Origin: Candidatus Micrarchaeaceae archaeon
GTDB lineage: Archaea > Micrarchaeota > Micrarchaeia > Micrarchaeales > Micrarchaeaceae
Direction of reading: 5' to 3'
NCBI GenBank assembly: GCA_050013715.1
Contig: JBEKES010000014.1
Location: 1-18,870 of the forward strand
DNA length: 18,870 nt
The notes beneath the pieces are model-generated. The model worked only from the letters and a program-made list of their open reading frames with translations. It made no database searches and had not been told where the DNA came from. Of the stretch, positions 17,455 to 18,870 are shown piece after piece. Positions within the stretch are counted from its first letter, which is position 1, and every line of letters starts with the position of its first letter. A program made the translations under genes and the position numbers.

Positions 17455-18003
17455 TTACTTCATATGGAATGTTTTGTATACTTCCCACATATCTACATTG
17501 TCTTTTGGCTTAACCATCTTCATTATTGTTATATTGTCAAACCAGCAGTCAAAGTGTTTTTCTTTTCCGTCAAGTGATTTTAAGACCATCTTAAACTTAT
17601 CATTGCACTCTTCTGCTATTGTTGAATGAAAATGGAGATTCCTACCATCATACTTGTCCCAATCCATCCATTTAATCTTTTTCAGCTCTCTTAAAAGCTC
17701 AAAAAATACCTTTTTAGCCTCTCTTGAAGGTTTTACATCTATAAAGATTGTTTTTGGTGGAAAGCTATCAAAACCACCAACTTTAACAGATGTTTTCTTG
17801 TGAGTCTTACAGAATTTTTCTAAAAGTTTCTCTAGCTGCTTTAGATTTTTACTTTCAAACCTATATTTTAAAGTGAAATGTGTAGGTATGGCTTGCTTTT
17901 TAGTCATCGGTAGATTAAATTCTCTAGAGATTCTATTTACTAATTTATTGTGGTAGTTGTCTACATCGTCTTTAAGTAAACAAAGCAACGCGCATTTCGT
18001 CAT
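17455..18003 (-). CDS. 2H phosphoesterase (2'-5' RNA ligase/LigT-like family)
   Basis: Two HxT motifs (PTHFTL and FHSTIA) about 84 aa apart. The likely start is ATG 18003 after AGGTG. Confidence 0.88.
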   Translation of the reverse strand: MTKCALLCLLKDDVDNYHNKLVNRISREFNLPMTKKQAIPTHFTLKYRFESKNLKQLEKLLEKFCKTHKKTSVKVGGFDSFPPKTIFIDVKPSREAKKVFFELLRELKKIKWMDWDKYDGRNLHFHSTIAEECNDKFKMVLKSLDGKEKHFDCWFDNITIMKMVKPKDNVDMWEVYKTFHMK

Positions 18004-18004
18004 T

Positions 18005-18870
18005 TCATTTTGCACCTATTTTCAAGTGTAAAAAGGTGTAAATAAATGTTTGAGTACCTTCTTTTTCAATATCGACTATCTCTTTTCCTTTCAAATCAAA
18101 CATTTGCGTATAATGTTTCTTTTTATACAAACTTATCGCATCTCGATTTTTTGTGCTTAGAAGTAGTTCTTCAAATCCGTTCTGTTTTCTGATTTCTTTG
18201 TAACTATCCAACAGAGCTCCGGCAATACCTCTTCTTCTAAACCTATGTTCGACAGCAATTTCATCTATATAAGCTGTTTTTTGAAGCGATAAGCCGTAAT
18301 TTGCTAGTGCTTTATTATCTTTTACCGGAAATTTGTCCTTATCTAATGCATAACCCCAAATGAAACCAACAATTTTTTTGTCTTTCTCTGCAACTAATAT
18401 TATAAAATTGCTATGTCTTTGGTTCTTGCCATTAATGTCCGGTTTTAATTGAGAACGTGTTCTGCTCTTATTATTTGGCAAATCTTTCCAAGAATCGTAT
18501 GCTACTCTATTGATTTGCCTTATATCATTAATTTTTACACTTCTAATAACAATCCAAGAACCTGTTGAATCTTTAAATCGTTTTGCATATGTTGAATTCA
18601 CAAGTATTTCATATTTTTTATGATATTCTTTTGGTTTATCTTTACTATTTTCAGAAGCCCATTTATAGATATTTTTAAGATTTTGTAAACTTACGATCTT
18701 TATTCGTAAATCCCCAAAATCAAAATATTTTGAATCGACAAGATTTATTTTCCAAAATTGGTATGAATCTATTTCTATTTTTAGGCCGTCTTTAAACACT
18801 TGCACTTCGTGCCATTTTGGTGAATACTTATAATGTATTTTTACTTTTGATAGAAGTTTGACTATTCTCT
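18005..18870 (-). CDS. Two-domain protein: partial N-terminal domain (possibly nucleotidyltransferase-like) fused to a GNAT acetyltransferase; 5' end outside the window
   Basis: The frame stays open from 18805 to the window end (..RIVKLLSKVKIHYKYSPKWHEVQVFK..). GNAT motifs are LVAE....VGF, YIDEIAV...FRRRGIAGALL and N..AI.LYKK. Confidence 0.85.
   Translation of the reverse strand, partial: RIVKLLSKVKIHYKYSPKWHEVQVFKDGLKIEIDSYQFWKINLVDSKYFDFGDLRIKIVSLQNLKNIYKWASENSKDKPKEYHKKYEILVNSTYAKRFKDSTGSWIVIRSVKINDIRQINRVAYDSWKDLPNNKSRTRSQLKPDINGKNQRHSNFIILVAEKDKKIVGFIWGYALDKDKFPVKDNKALANYGLSLQKTAYIDEIAVEHRFRRRGIAGALLDSYKEIRKQNGFEELLLSTKNRDAISLYKKKHYTQMFDLKGKEIVDIEKEGTQTFIYTFLHLKIGAK

Noticed and set aside
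17147..18720. 14-nt direct repeat TAAATCCCCAAAAT at 17147-17160 and 18707-18720 as a target-site duplication
   Set aside because: The second copy lies inside an intact ORF, both encode FGDL, and a match this long is plausible by chance in AT-rich DNA. Its position at the junction is noted but unsupported.
1..18870. Intact CRISPR array, rRNA, tRNA, transposase or integrase
   Set aside because: None found by eye: there are no regularly spaced identical repeats and no recognisable catalytic motifs.

Overview
Archaeal chromosomal segment, most likely from a DPANN lineage such as Micrarchaeota. This is inferred from the archaeal-type SAM synthetase, aIF5B, TATA boxes, GGTGA/GGAGG ribosome-binding sites and the style of the surface protein. 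Bases 1-5415 hold one uninterrupted minus-strand ORF of at least 1805 codons that the ORF track missed because it runs off the window. It encodes a secreted, Ser/Thr/Asn-rich modular surface protein: signal peptide, mucin-like stalk, basic patch, two DUF2341-like modules and six ~100-aa Ig-like repeats. The middle of the window is housekeeping: msrB-msrA, MTA phosphorylase, an ABC-2 transporter pair, mat and aIF5B, with a small orphan gene bracketed by related hairpins. From ~12.7 kb onward the genes are accessory, and the DNA is visibly AT-richer beyond ~14.6 kb. This part holds a pentapeptide-repeat protein, a membrane-anchored protein with TraB/TIKI/ChaN-like motifs, a highly base-paired ~200-nt intergenic element (ncRNA candidate), RidA, an SGNH hydrolase, two back-to-back gene remnants (one resembling a casposon-type PolB C-terminus), a 2H phosphoesterase and a GNAT fusion that runs off the right edge.
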